Source: Haliotis rufescens
Lineage: Eukaryota
Assembly: GCF_023055435.1 (NCBI RefSeq)
Contig: NW_025964383.1
Span: forward strand, 46,066,001-46,130,000
DNA: 64,000 nucleotides
Direction of reading: 5' to 3'
How positions within the stretch are numbered: the stretch's first letter is position 1; every line of letters begins with the position of its first letter. The notes beneath the pieces were generated by a model, which saw nothing but the letters and a program-made list of their open reading frames with translations, was not told the origin of the DNA and did not search any database. Both the position numbers and the translations under genes were made by a program. Of the stretch, positions 36,093-50,474 are shown one piece after another.

Positions 36093-39000
36093 GGGAAAAA
36101 CAAGCAATAAAGGCGAAGGACAACATATCAACACTGTGGCAGATATTTGTCGCCGTTGTTACTACTGTTATTGTGGAGATTATCATCATTATTCTAATAG
36201 GTGTAATGTACACAAGGTAAGCACACACCGACCAACATATCACACAATGTGTGTTTAGTGAGCAAATGTAAATCGTACCTGAAACTGTTCCAGTGCTTAC
36301 TTATCCAATAAACATAAAATACATGCCCCAAAACCATCACTAGAAAAGACATAGCATCGTAATTGAGTACACGTCCATTTAACCAATGTCAGTGAATTCT
36401 GCAGAAGAAGCTATGCAGTGGTAGAAATACGTAGAAGTACAACAGCAACGAGCAGGACAGCTAATTGTCTCTATCTTAATTCATACTTTAGACGGGGCGG
36501 TCGGGTAGCCTAGTGGTTAAAGCTTTCGCTCGTCACGCCAAAGACCCAGGTTCGATGCCCGACATGGGTACAATGTGTGAAGCCCATTTCTGGTGTCCCC
36601 CGCCGTGATATTGCTGGAATATTGCTAAAAGCGGCGTTAAACCATACTCACTCATTCACTCATACTTTAGACAATCAGCTGAAAGTCAGATGACATTTAC
36701 GGAAGTTAAAAACGTTGTGATAAGATTTCTCAAATATTCATGGGACATTACAGTTGACGTATGCATATGAGTCTGGATACAATAGATGGACTCGCAGTGA
36801 CATGTAATGATTTCTTATACATGTATTTAATAAGTTTTATGAATTGTTTTTATTTTCAGTCGACGCAAAAACAGTAAGTTTAACAAACTTTGAATACATT
36901 TTCTAAAGTGTAATGTGAGTGAAAATATATTATTTACTCAAATTGGAATGATGGGGTGATATAACTTTTAATTAATTTCAATTGTTACTTTCCAGCAATG
37001 TGATAAGCTCAAAAATAAATTATGTAATTTGATTCACAAATCTACAACCAACTACATAATCACTTTGAAAAGAGTTAAACCTTATAACATAATAAATAAG
37101 AATAGATCTTCTAACATATAAAGTTCCTGCTCGTTATGTATATTAGACTTATGAATAATGATGGGAAATTATACGCCGTACTGTACACAGTTCTGTTTTT
37201 TGTCTTCGATCACATAATTCAATGGACTATTTTAACCTTTGGCGTCATAACAAACGTAAGCAGTAATTATGTTGTATGTAATCCATTCTCTAATTATTAA
37301 CCTAAGCATGCATACGGAATGTTTGGTGACCGGGCAAGTTCGACGAGACATAAGTTTTGTAGTCCTTGTGCCTCGTTGTAGTTGGGCTATAGTGAGAGGG
37401 GGGCGAGCTTTACTCGTGCTTTTAATCACTGGTTTGCCTGGTCCAGACTATTACTCGGCAGGTCTGATTTGTGTAATGTTACGTGATCCTGTTGAAAGAA
37501 CTATTGACTACAAGTCTGTAGCATGAGCACCACGTTACACATGTTCTCCTTGTTCTCAGGAGCGGAAAATTAATCCTAATTAACGGTAAGGGTATAACTC
37601 ACTGACCAGTAGCTGTGGTTACCCACCATCCCATCTATTCATTGTGTATAATCAGTTGTTCTGGCTGTCACTGCTGGGGGCTACTAATCCACCCGTCAGA
37701 AAAGTTTCAGCTTGAAAGCGAAAGATGGGAGAATCTATTTATCATCCAAACTCATTCTTCCAACTTTCTGCTTTTCACCCGTGAGTGAGTGAGTGATTTT
37801 GGTTTAACGCCGCTTTTAACAGTATTCCAGTTATATCGCGGCGAGTCAGCTTTTTGTAGGAGGAAAGCCCGAAGTGATGCAGGTCTTGGACGTTTACCAC
37901 TTCGGTGAAACCCACGAGCACGGGTATGCTGCTGACAAACCTAGAAACATAATCGGGGCGAACCGGGATTCGAACCCACAATCAAAGATTTCTAGCGTAC
38001 CCACGGGACGCAACTCTGCACAGCGAATCGTGGCGCCTTAGACGATTGGACCACCCGTGCCCCCATTTCTCCCGTGAAGTTTACGGTCAGAAAAGATCTT
38101 CATCAACCCATGCTTGTCGTAAGAGCCGACTAACGGGATCGGGTGGTCAGGCTAGCTGACTTCGTTGATGCATGTCAACGTGTCTGAATTGTGTAGATCG
38201 ATACTCATGATGTCAATCACTAGATTGTATGGTCGAGACTCGATTATTTACAGACCGCCGTCACATAATAGGAATATTGCTGAGTGTGGCTTTAAATAAC
38301 AAGCAAATAAACAAACTTCTGCTTGTAAGCAGTAATAACCGTTGTTTTGAGTGTAAATAGCACAGCTTCAGCTTCAGTAGAAGAGATATAAGTGATGTCG
38401 TGTGGTCCTGAAGTCATTATGCTCCTACATTAGGCAGACACATCGATTTATACATAATTGAAATACTTCACCCACTTGTTTATAGTTGATCCTTCTTCAG
38501 GGCATCCATGTTCAAGCCAAAGTTGATTGGAGTCAGCCAATTTCGTTTAAACTACAACAAATGTTAGCATACCTATCGTATATGAAAGTAACCGTCTTTT
38601 GTATTTTGTCTTTAAGTGACCTAACTTTACGACAGGTATTGATGCACGAACAGCGTTATGATCACATATTTTACGTTATTGATTTATCGGCTAAACAGTA
38701 TCCCATACTAGGATGCATATATTTATCCCTATTTTCCAATACACACATCTGCAGAATAGGATGCAAAATGACGCATGTAAAAAGAAAAACACGTTCATGA
38801 CCATGAGGAATCATAATATAGTATCAACGTTGACAAATATGCAGTTCTTGCACATTTAGTGGCAGTTAATGTAAAATGTTTAGATGACAGGTCTGAGTGT
38901 CCAACTGTACAGTGTATTTAAACTGACATGATAACGCGTGGCATGCACCTTTCACACAAAATATTATTACACATTTTATAAAGCTATTAATTACCAGATT

Positions 39001-42000
39001 TCGTTCTTAACTACATATCATTTATTATTTTGTTCTCAGATGAGGCAAGCGAAGAACTTTTGGAAGGTAAGAGTAGAATTCAACTCAGATTGTTTATGGT
39101 TTTGTTATATGAAAGGGTAGATAATGTTGGCTCCAATCTTTTCACCTTGACAAAAGAACAGGCAATTAAAATAGATCACTCAGTTTTGCTGAGAATCTAT
39201 CTCAACTTAGGTATTGATTCCATTGAGACATGTGTAATGTCGCATAAAAATATGAAAATGACAAATATCACCTTTTTGTAATCAGATGACCACAATTTAG
39301 ATGGGTAATCAAACGTTGATAAGGTGAAATGAAGACGGATTATTAATGAGGCTCTAGTTTTCTTGTCTTCAGAAATTGTACAAAAAGCTGCGAAGGAATG
39401 GTTTTAACCGGTTTGTCATTTATGTCACAGTTGACACGGATCTATCATATGGTGTTATCATTTACTGCAGTTACATACACATGTGCGATGTAGTTTTAAG
39501 TTGTAATGTTTAAGCTAATGCCTCGATGCATCGCCACCGCATCATAAAAAAAACTCTTATAGTAATGGCCATATGATGATGCAGATAAGATTAATAACAG
39601 AATTCGAAGGGATATGCATGTTGTTACATGGGTGATGATTTCACATCTTTAGTCAGATTTAGCAGTATGTCATACTTTTCTCCTCAGTAAGCAGTGACGA
39701 CACATGGTATACATACCATAATCACAGAGGTGAGATGAATAACATAGTTTCACATAGTCGTGATGACTATTAAATTAATGGCTAAAAAGAATCAAATAGT
39801 TTTTATATTGAGAGTTAAAAGCATTAATGCCGTTACATAATCATGTTGAGGCATGAGTGTCTCAATCGTTCAACGTGACACAATTCACTATCCAGTTGCA
39901 TTCCTTGTCGTGACGGTATCCAGTGATCTTCGGTCGGTATCACAGATTATGATTACATTGTTGTGTTGCCAGTGGTTATACAAAAGTGGTAAACGTCTAG
40001 GATCTGCATGGGCTTTCTTCCAACATTAAGTTGACACGTTTCGATATATAACCGAAATATTGTTCGATGCAGCATTAAACAAAAACTACATAGTCACTAT
40101 AAAATCATGAATTCCTTAATGAAACGGGTTATAAACAATTCATATATACATGTAAAAAGTTAATATTATCCTTATTTCACAGAGCAACACAAAATGCCTA
40201 TTGCCAACATCCCGCTTCATGATGCCAGTGCTAAAGGTGATCTGGAACGCGTAAAACACATCGTGAGTACTGGTGCAGTAGACGTCAACATCCGAGGGTT
40301 GTACGGATTGACACCGTTGATGTTGGCAGCACAGAACGGGCACTATGATGTCTTTGAATATCTTCACAGTAACGGAGCTGATTTGACGCTAGTGGATCGT
40401 GATGGGGACCACATTCTGAGCATGGCCTGTGTGGGAAACAATATGGACATGGTGAAGTATGTTGTCTCAAAGGAACCTACCCTTATCAACAAAAGGAGAA
40501 ACGACGGACGAACAGCTTTGATGTGGGTAGCATGGCATGGGAAGGAAACCGTGTTTCGCTATCTGCTGGATAAAGGAGCTGAATGTTCATTAGTGGATAA
40601 TGATGGACACAACACTCTTCATTATGCCTGCCATGGAGGACACATTGGAATCGTGAATTATGTCATCGATAGGCCCACACTTAATATCAGCAATAGAGAC
40701 TTACGTGGAAGAACAGCATTAATGATAGCAGCTACGTACGGACATAAAGATGTGTTTGAATTACTTGTTGGGAAAGACAGTGACATATCACACACAGATA
40801 AGCACGGTAACACTATACTCCATGCGGCATGCAGTGGAGGAGATGTGGAGATGGTGCAGCATGTCCTCTCACAGGAAGATATTTACATCAACTGTAGAGG
40901 GCAGAATGGGGGCACACCACTGATGTTTGCAGCATTTGGGGGACACAGAGAGGTATTTGACCTACTTGTGACGAAGGGAGCTGATGCAACACTTGTTTGT
41001 AACAAGGGGAACACCATCCTACACGTGGCTTGCATTGGAGGACATGTGGAGATGGTGGAGCACATCATGTCACAAGGCATCGGGGACGTCAACAGTCAAA
41101 ATCAAGATGGGAGGACGCCACTATTGTTGGCAGCATTTGGTGGACACAGAGAGGTATTTGACCTACTCGTGAGAAATGGAGCTAATGCATCAGTAGTTTG
41201 TAACATGGGGAACACCATCCTACACGTGGCTTGCATTGGAGGACATGTGGAGATGGTGGAGCACATCATGTCACAAGGCATCGGGGACGTCAACAGTCAA
41301 AATCAAGATGGGAGGACGCCACTATTGTTGGCAGCATTTGGTGGACACAGAGAGGTATTTGACCTACTCGTGAGAAATGGAGCTAATGCATCAGTAGTTT
41401 GTAACATGGGGAACACCATCCTACACGTGGCTTGCATTGGAGGACATGTGGAGATGGTGGAGCACATCATGTCACAAGGCATTGGGGACGTCAACAGTCA
41501 AAATCAAGATGGGAGGACGCCACTATTGTTGGCAGCATTTGGTGGACACAGAGAGGTATTTGACCTACTCGTGAGAAATGGAGCTAATGCATCAGTAGTT
41601 TGTAACATGGGGAACACCATCCTACACGTGGCTTGCATTGGAGGACATGTGGAGATGGTGGAGCACATCATGTCACAAGGCATTGGGGACGTCAACAGTC
41701 AAAATCAAGATGGGAGGACGCCACTATTGTTGGCAGCATTTGGTGGACACAGAGAGGTATTTGACCTACTCGTGAGAAATGGAGCTAATGCATCAGTAGT
41801 TTGTAACAAGGGGAACACCATCCTACACGTGGCTTGCATTGGAGGACATGTGGAGATGGTGGAGCACATCATGTCACAAGGCATTGGGGACGTCAACAGT
41901 CAAAATCAAGATGGGAGGACGCCACTATTGTTGGCAGCATTTGGTGGACACAGAGAGGTATTTGACCTACTCGTGAGAAATGGAGCTAATGCATCAGTAG

Positions 42001-42410
42001 TTTGTAACAAGGGGAACACCATCCTACACGTGGCGTGCATTGGAGGACATGTGGAGATGGTGGAGCACATCATGTCACAAGGCATTGGGGACGTCAACAG
42101 TCAAAATCAAGATGGGAGGACGCCACTGATGTCGGCAGAGCTGCAGGGATGTGGTGAAACCCTTCTGAGTCCAGGTGTTGATCTATCACAAATGAATGAT
42201 AAAGGAAACAACGTCCTTCATCTGGCCTGTGAAATAGGAAGTATGGAGATCGTGCAACATGTTGTGTCACAGAACAGTCTTGACATTAACGCCAAAAACA
42301 GTAAAGGCGAAACAGCCACTAGGGTTGCAAAGCGTAAACATCACATGGATTTGTATGAATGGTTGGTGTCACAAGGAGGTCATGTTGTCAGCAAGTCTTA
42401 CAAACACTAA
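36093..42410 (+). CDS. single-pass membrane protein with cytoplasmic ankyrin repeats; exons 36093-36216 (TM), 36860-36873, 39040-39066, 39688-39729, 40183-42410; ectodomain exons not found
   Basis: phase-compatible GT-AG exons give LWQIFVAVVTTVIVEIIIIILIGVMYT-SRRKN-NEASEELLE-VSSDDTWYTYHNHR-EQHKMPIA followed by ~20 ankyrin repeats (GxTPLxxAA..G, GNTILHxAC..G). Confidence 0.8.
36494..36661 (+). mobile_element. full-length tRNA-derived SINE with (CTCA)n tail
   Basis: A box tagcctagtggtt, B box ggttcgatgcc; flanked by a catactttagac direct repeat (TSD). Confidence 0.9.
37780..38065 (-). mobile_element. tRNA-derived SINE with (CTCA)n tail
   Basis: minus strand ggtccaatcgtctaaggcg..gggttcgaatcccgg; tail gagtgagtgagtga on the plus strand. 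Confidence 0.8.
38070..38315 (+). mobile_element. SINE-like interspersed repeat
   Basis: aacccatgcttgtcgtaagag..cagaccgccgtca..gaatattgctgagtg; family present four or more times in the window. Confidence 0.8.
40905..42130 (+). repeat. coding tandem repeat, 201-bp unit (67 aa = two ankyrin repeats), ~6 copies
   Basis: unit offsets of 201 bp (41102, 41303, 41504, 41705, 41906 in the ORF track). Confidence 0.95.
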
Positions 42411-42419
42411 CGATCTCAA

Positions 42420-42652
42420 GAATAGGTCTTCAGCAACCCATGCTTGTCGGAAGAGATGCCAATGCTTGTCGTAAGAGGCGACTATCGAGATCGGGTGGTC
42501 AGAGTCGCTGACTTAGTTGATGAATCTCATCTTGTCCTAATTGCGTGAATCGATGCTCATGATATCAATCACTGGATTGTCTGGTTAAGACTCGAATATT
42601 TACAGACCGCCGTCATATATCTGGAATATTGCTGAGTGCGGCGTAAAACAAA
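42420..42652 (+). mobile_element. SINE-like interspersed repeat in the ankyrin gene 3' region
   Basis: same family as 38070-38315. Confidence 0.8.
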
Positions 42653-43732
42653 CAGCATGTTATGCAACAGATATACTCTTATCTTGTCTTCTCTAATGAA
42701 ACTGTTTCCACATAGAGCTCGGGAGAAATGCTTAACATTGATCTGTCAACTAAGGTGGTAGTACAAACTGAACCATACAGAAACATGCAGAAATCTGAAA
42801 GCTTGTGTCCCTTGTCCTACATGTAATAGCAGGTGATGGGTATTCAGCTGAAGCTGATAAACACCTGAATGTGGCTCGACCGCTACACATTGAATACTAA
42901 AGTGTCCTTCAATGTTGAATCCTGCATCCATAGCTTTGAAACACAAAGGAGATTTGTTAATAACAGTTGAGCTGTTGTGACAGTTGTCTGTATGGTAGGA
43001 TTTGACAAACATTGACCATTTGCCTTCTCTTCAAATATCACTCGTGCGTTAGTGATTCTACAAATATGATTTCTATTTCTCAGGATAACGAATTGGGACT
43101 TGCATTTTGTAATGTGATCAGGCTACAAAACAGTACAATAGAATTGTCACCTCAGCCTTTATATATTGTGTTTGGTTGTAATGCGTGCTGTTGTTAAGAT
43201 AGAAATAATCTTCTTTACAGGGAACCATTATACCCTTCATCCATGAAAGAGATATTCAAGTCACAAATACTCGAATATGAAATGCAGAAAGGCAGCGTGT
43301 CTTTGATGCCTAAACAAAGATCGGTTTGTTCTGGTTGTGTAATGGGTGTGCTAGCTAGAGAGTGTGTCGTACACAACACTGAGCTGTTGTGTTTATGTTG
43401 GCTTGGTTGATTTCGTGTGCAGAAACGCTGTCGGTCGTCTGTCAATTAGACTGGAGGTTCAGAGTTGATTTCCTTTTGTAATTACTGTTGCAGAACTGTC
43501 TTACAATGTTTCAAAGCGATCCCATCAGAACTCCCTGCAGCGAAAATTCAAACAGAAACTAAATATTTCCTTAAAGTGTGAAAAGTGCATTGCGTATGAA
43601 AGGCTGTCACCATAAAAAAGAACAACACACTGAATGATTGATTATTAAGTCATCATCACAACACAGGGTTGAGGGTTAATATCGCTCGTAAGTTACATAC
43701 GTCATTATCATTCTTTGTATATATCGCTTGTG

Positions 43733-45320
43733 GATCACGGTGATCACGTCACATACGTAATTGAATCACGTCACACACATCGATCGATGATGTAACACAC
43801 GCATGGATCACGTCACACACACGCATGGATCACGTAACACACATTGATGGATCGCGTAAGACTCGTATGAACACACACACACATATGTGAACCACGTCAC
43901 AATCGCATGAATCACGTCACACACACACAATGGTCACGTCACACACATGCATGGAAAACGTCAAACGCATGAAACACATCACACACATGGGTGGATCACG
44001 TCGCACACATGAATCACGTCACACACATGAATCACGTCACACACATCGATCGATGATGTAACACACGCATGGATCACGTCACACACACGCATTGATCACG
44101 TAACACACATTGATGGATTGCGTAAGACTCGCATGAATCACGTCACACGCACGCATGAATCACGTCACACACAGGTGAATCACGCCACACTCGCATGAAT
44201 CACGCCATACACACACTGGTCACGTCACACACATGGGTGAATCACGTCACACACACACATAAATTACGTCTCACACATCGATCGATCATGTAACACACGC
44301 ATGGATCACGTCACACATACGCATGCATCACGTCACACACATGAATAGATCACGTCACACACATAGATATATCACGTCACACATTGGTGGCTCACGTCAC
44401 ACAAATATGAATCATGTCTCACACGCATGGATCACGTCACACACAAGCATGGATCACGTCACACACACGCACGGATCAAGTCTCACACGCATAGATCACG
44501 TCACACACACGCATGGATCACGTCACATACATAGGTTCATCACGTTACACACTCATGACACACACATATGAATCACGTCCCACACGCATGGATCACGTCA
44601 CACACTTTGATGGATAACATCACACACGCATGAATCACGTCACACGAATGGGTCACGTCCCACATACGCATGGATCACGTGACACACAAGCATGGATCAC
44701 GTCACATAAGCATGAATCACGTGACACACGCATGGCTCACGTCACACATACGCATGGATCACGTCACTCATGCATGAATCACGGCACACACATTCCTGGA
44801 TCACGTCACACGCGCATGGATCACGTCCCATACACGCATGGATCACGTCCCAGGCACGCATGGATCACCTAACACACATGCATGGATCGCATAAGACTCG
44901 CATGAATCAAGTCTCACGCATGAATCGCGTCACACGCATGAATCACGTAAAACACATGGGTGAATCACGTCACACACACACACACACACATGAATCACGT
45001 CTCACACATCGATCAATCATGTAACACACGCATGGATCACGTCACACATACGCATGGATCGCGTAAGACTCGCATGAATCACGTCAAACGCATTAATCGC
45101 GTCACACGCATGAATAACGTCACACACACACATGAATCACGTCTCACACATCGATGAAGCATGTAACACACGCATGGATACCGTCACACATACGCATTGA
45201 TCACGTCACATGTAAGCTTTGATCACGTAACACACATGCATGGATCTCGTAAGACTCGCATGCATCACGTCATATACATGAATCGTGTCACACGCATGGA
45301 TCACGTCACACACATACACA
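43733..45320. repeat. degenerate ~20-22-bp satellite (gcatggatcacgtcacacac), block 1
   Basis: atcacgtcacac motif repeated throughout. Confidence 0.95.
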
Positions 45321-46134
45321 CATAATTTTTTCAATTTGAAGTTTACACGATATACGGCTTTTCCATTGGACGAGAGGTCGTTCACATGACCGCGGAATTG
45401 ACGTTCATAAGTGTATGAACGACACAATTTGACGTTCATACGTTTTTCACGAGATCGTGTTCTTGAAATGACGTAAACACTGACGAACTACTTCCACATT
45501 CCTGGAGAAACCCCTGGGAATTCCCTAGCACGAAAACATACATAAGCTTTCTTTCTGGTCATTAAGAACCTATATTGTTTGTTCGTACCTAGGCTGACAT
45601 TGACCGTCTCCAGCAATCTATGAATTTACCTTAGTATCTTTATTCACCTTTCAATGATCGGCCAGTTGATCAATGATGATTAACACATGTAACCGCCACA
45701 GATTCATTAACAACTTCGGAAATCTCTCCCGTCACGTTTATCAAGTCGGCCATTTTGACGTCTTGTACTTGATGTAAATGTATTACGTACGACGCGCTGT
45801 CATTGTGACTGACTTACTGAGGTAGTTCTTTACAGACCTTTTTCATCTAAGGAGGATATGATTTGAACACATGTGCTGCGTAAGATGTTTCTGAAGAGCA
45901 AGCCCATGTCACCTCTCCTTTTGACGAACTTTTTTACTCCGCGATATAGCTGGTTGTTGTATGGCTGTCGGTGTAAACATGAAGTCACACTAACTAAATA
46001 AAATTGTGTTTATCCTTTGAGGTAAGAAATTGTGTTAAAAAATTATAACAAGCTCCGACGTTCATACAGTTTGGCCCTCACTCTATGAAGGTTCATACTC
46101 CAATGAACTCACACAAAGTGAAGGTCAATTCGTA

Positions 46135-48420
46135 AATGAATCACGTCTCACACATCGATCAATCATGCAACACACGCATGGATCAATTCACACATACGCA
46201 TGGATCACGTCACACACAGATCACGTCACACACATAGAATTATCACGTCACAGACATTGGTGGATCATGTTACACACATATGAATCACGTCACACATACG
46301 CATGGATCACGTCTCACGCATGGATCACGTCACACATACGCATGGATCACGTCACACATAAGAATGGATCACGTCACACAAGCATGATTGACGTGACACA
46401 CATTGCTGTATCACATACATAGGTGGATCAAGTCAGAAACATGCATGGATCACGTAACACACATACAATTATCACGTCACACACATTGGTGGCACATGTC
46501 ACACACATATGAATCACGTCACAAACGCATGGCTCACGTCACACAAACGCATGGATCAGGTCACACATGCATGAATCACGGCACACACATTCCTGTATCA
46601 CGTCCCACACGCATGGATCACGTCACACATACGCATGGATCACGTCAAACATGCATGAATCACGGCACACACATTCCTGGATCAAGTCACACACGCATGG
46701 GTCACGTCACACACGAATGGATCACGTCACGCATGCATGGATCACGTCACACACGTATGGGTCACGTGACACGCATGGATCACGTCTCACTCGCATGGAT
46801 CACGTCACACACGCTTGGATCAATTCACACACGAATGGATCACGTCACACACATGGGTGGATCATGTCATACACGCATGGATCACGTCACACACATCGGT
46901 GGATAACGCCACACACTTGAGTGGATCACCTAACATACATGAAACACGTTGCACACATTGTTGGATCATGTCAGAAACGCATGGATCACGTCACATACGC
47001 ATGGATCAATTCACACATGCATGAATCACGTCACACACACGCATGGATCACGTCACACACACACATGGATCACATCACACACATAGGTTCATCACGTCAT
47101 ACACATCGGTGGCTCATGTCACACACATATGAAGCACGTCACACACGCAAGGATCACGGCACACACACGCCTCGATCACGGAACACACATCGGTGGTTAA
47201 CGCCACACACATCGGTGGTTCATGTCACACACATATGAAGCACGTCACACACGCATGGATCACGTCACACACATCGGTGGATAACGCAACACACAACGGT
47301 GGTTCATGTCACACACATATGAAGCACGTCACACACGCATGGATCGCGTCACACACACACATGGATCACATCACACACATAGGTTCATCACTTCATACAC
47401 ATCGGTGGCTCATGTCACACACATATGAAGCACGTCACACACGCATGGATCACGGCACACACAAGCATGGACCACGTCACACAAGCATGAATCACGACAC
47501 ACACGCATGGATTACGGCCAACACATTGGTGGATCACGTTTCAAACGTAGGTGAATAACGTCACACACGCCTGGATTACGTCACACACATGTATGGATCA
47601 CGTGACATAGATGGGGAATCACGTCACAAACGCATGGATCACGTAACACGCACATAAATAACGTCATACACGGACGGATCGTGTCACACGCGCATGAATA
47701 ACTTAACACACGCAAGAAACACGTGACACACATGCATGTTCACGTGACACACATAGATGAATCACGTCACAAACGCATGGATCACGTCACACACATAGGT
47801 TTATCACGTCACACACATAGGTTTATCACGTCACACACATGGGTGAATCACGACAAGCACTTGTGAATCACGTCTCACACATGGGTGGATCAAGTCACAC
47901 GCGCATGAATCACGTCAGACACATGCATGGATCACATGACATACATAGGGGAATCACGTCACACACGCTTGGATTACATCACACACATGCATGAATCACG
48001 TCACACACATTAGTGAATCACGTCACACACACGCATAGATCACGTCACACACATAGGTGAATCGCATCACACACGCTTGGATCACGTCACACACATTAGT
48101 TAATCACTACGCACACACATAAATCACGTCACACACTTTGATGGATCACGTCACACACGCATGGATCACGTCACACACACGCATGGATCACGTCACACAC
48201 ATTAGTGAATCACTTCACACACACATAAATCACGTCACACACCTTGATGGATCACGTTACACACGCATGGATCACGTCACACACACGCATGGATCAGGTC
48301 ACACATATTGGACGTTCACGTCACACACGCATAAATCACGTCACACACGCATGGATCACGTCACACGCTTGGTTTAGTAACGTCATACAAGCATGAATCA
48401 CCACAATACGCACATGCATG
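46135..48420. repeat. degenerate ~20-22-bp satellite, block 2
   Basis: same motif; separated from block 1 by an ~800-bp non-repetitive insert. Confidence 0.95.
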
Positions 48421-48654
48421 GAGCAACACGTTAAAAACTTGTCAACACAATACGTTAATGCCTAGACCTGAGGGTCACAGAGATACATAGACCACAACGT
48501 TAGTCATTTTGCCCCATCCAGAACTAATTACACACTGACCCTGTGTTGCTGTGATGTCACCACGCATGTGATCCTACAGCATCCATGCATTCACACTAAC
48601 ACGTAAAACCGCAGTGTGTACGTCCGTGAGTGACATACCAGAAATGTTCATGCT

Positions 48655-49878
48655 TGACATACTTTCGCAATATTCAGATAAATGGATACTTAGTGTTAAT
48701 CTTGATAAAACAAATATTGTTAGATTTCGTAGAGGTGGTCGAGTGGCCGCAAGAGAGAAATGTTGTTTTTTTAGGTAACTATATTAATGTTGTGAATTAA
48801 TACAAATACCTTGGTATATTGTTTACCTATACACTGAATCTGAATAAGTCTGTAATTAATCTCACTAACAGAGCAAAGAAAGCTCTGTTACAAGTCCACT
48901 CTTTTATGTCTAAGCTTAGACTTATTTCACCGAAAATGTATTTCAAATTATTTGATTCTCAAATACAACCTATTTTACTATATGGGTCTGAGATATGGGG
49001 TTGTAAAGAGTTCTATACAATTGACACATACAGTTTCATCTCCTCATTTGTAAAATCTTTTTGAATGTTGGTATGTCAATACCAAGTAATACAGTTGATG
49101 GAGAATGCGGGAGATTCCCATTGTACATTATAGCTTAAACTCGTTGCTTGAGTGAGTGAGTAAGTGAGTGAGTATGGTTTTACGCCGCTTTTAGCAATAT
49201 TCCAGCAATATCACGGCGGGGTACACCAGAAATGGGCTTCACCTCGATAGTCTTGGAAAGAACACATGGGCTTCTTGTATACGTACATTGCTTTTTACAT
49301 ATGGCTCTGGTTTCATTTGGCTGTCCCAGACGATTGGTAACGCAATTTTTTCATTAAGTACTTTCGCATGTGTGCCATTGATATGTTTCATCAGAAATGG
49401 CATTCAGATATTTACGAAAGTTCAACAAATGATACGTATCGTCAGTTCAAGTCATTGCTTGAACCAGAATCTTATTTATCAAATTTACGGTACAGGAATA
49501 TCCGTAACATCATTCTTCGTTTGAGACTTGGCCTGAATGATCTAACAATTAACACAGGGAGATTTTCATCTGTTGAGAAGGTCATGCCCATTTTGTTGTC
49601 GAAGATGAATATCATGTTTTGTATATTTGCCCTATATACGAAAATCTAACCTACCGCAGTGGTCTTTATCTCATTTTAATGCTATAACATTGTCTTCATT
49701 ACTGTCCTGCCAGGATCTTCTAACACAACATCAACTGGCTGTGTACATACATCATGCGCTTTTTGTTACGAGGTGAATTGATACCTTGACTTTGTATCTT
49801 ATAAAATATGTTATGTAACTCCGTTGTATATGGGCCTATGGCCTTTCACACAATAAAGAATTGAAATGATTGAATTGA
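48655..49878 (+). mobile_element. 3' part of the CR1/RTE-X-like LINE (same family as 5044-7332) with a SINE fragment at 49150-49242
   Basis: KLFDSQIQPILLYGSEIWG, LRLGLNDLTINTGRF, tail aataaagaattgaaatgattgaattga. Confidence 0.9.
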
Positions 49879-50275
49879 GTGTGTGTTTGTGTGTGATTCT
49901 TTGAGTGTGTATGTGTTTGTTTTTGTGTGTGAGGGTGTGTGTGTCTTTTTGTGTTTGTGTGTGTAAGCGGCAAAAGGGAGACTACTCCGTCAGTCTCAGG
50001 TACACTACATTGACCGCACATAATACATCGACAACACACAAGCCGGGAGCGGGCTACGCCACATAGTTTCAAGTCAACACTGTGACAGTGTGGGAGCTGT
50101 AATAGTGTTCACCGAGGACGATCCAAGGGAGACGACTCCGTCAGGCTCAGATACAATGCACTGTTCGTGAATGGTATTTTGACGGGTCACACGCCGGTGC
50201 AGGTTTCTCCAGTCAAGTCAGTCAACACTGTCACAGTGTGGGAGGTGCCGTCGTGCTCACCGTGAACGGTGAAAG

Positions 50276-50474
50276 NNNNNNNNNNNNNNNNNNNNNNNNN
50301 NNNNNNNNNNNNNNNNNNNNNNNNNNNNNNNNNNNNNNNNNNNNNNNNNNNNNNNNNNNNNNNNNNNNNNNNNNNNNNNNNNNNNNNNNNNNNNNNNNNN
50401 NNNNNNNNNNNNNNNNNNNNNNNNNNNNNNNNNNNNNNNNNNNNNNNNNNNNNNNNNNNNNNNNNNNNNNNNNN
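50276..50474. other. assembly gap, preceded by a ~150-bp tandem repeat (49976-50275)
   Basis: N run; gggaga..actccgtcag and gtcaacactgt.acagtgtgggag each occur twice about 150 bp apart. Confidence 0.9.

Noticed and set aside
36494-36570. tRNA gene
   Set aside because: A/B boxes continue into a SINE body and (CTCA)n tail with a TSD; no proper acceptor stem or terminator
44323-48377. His-rich ORFs
   Set aside because: translations of a degenerate satellite in several frames with frequent stops
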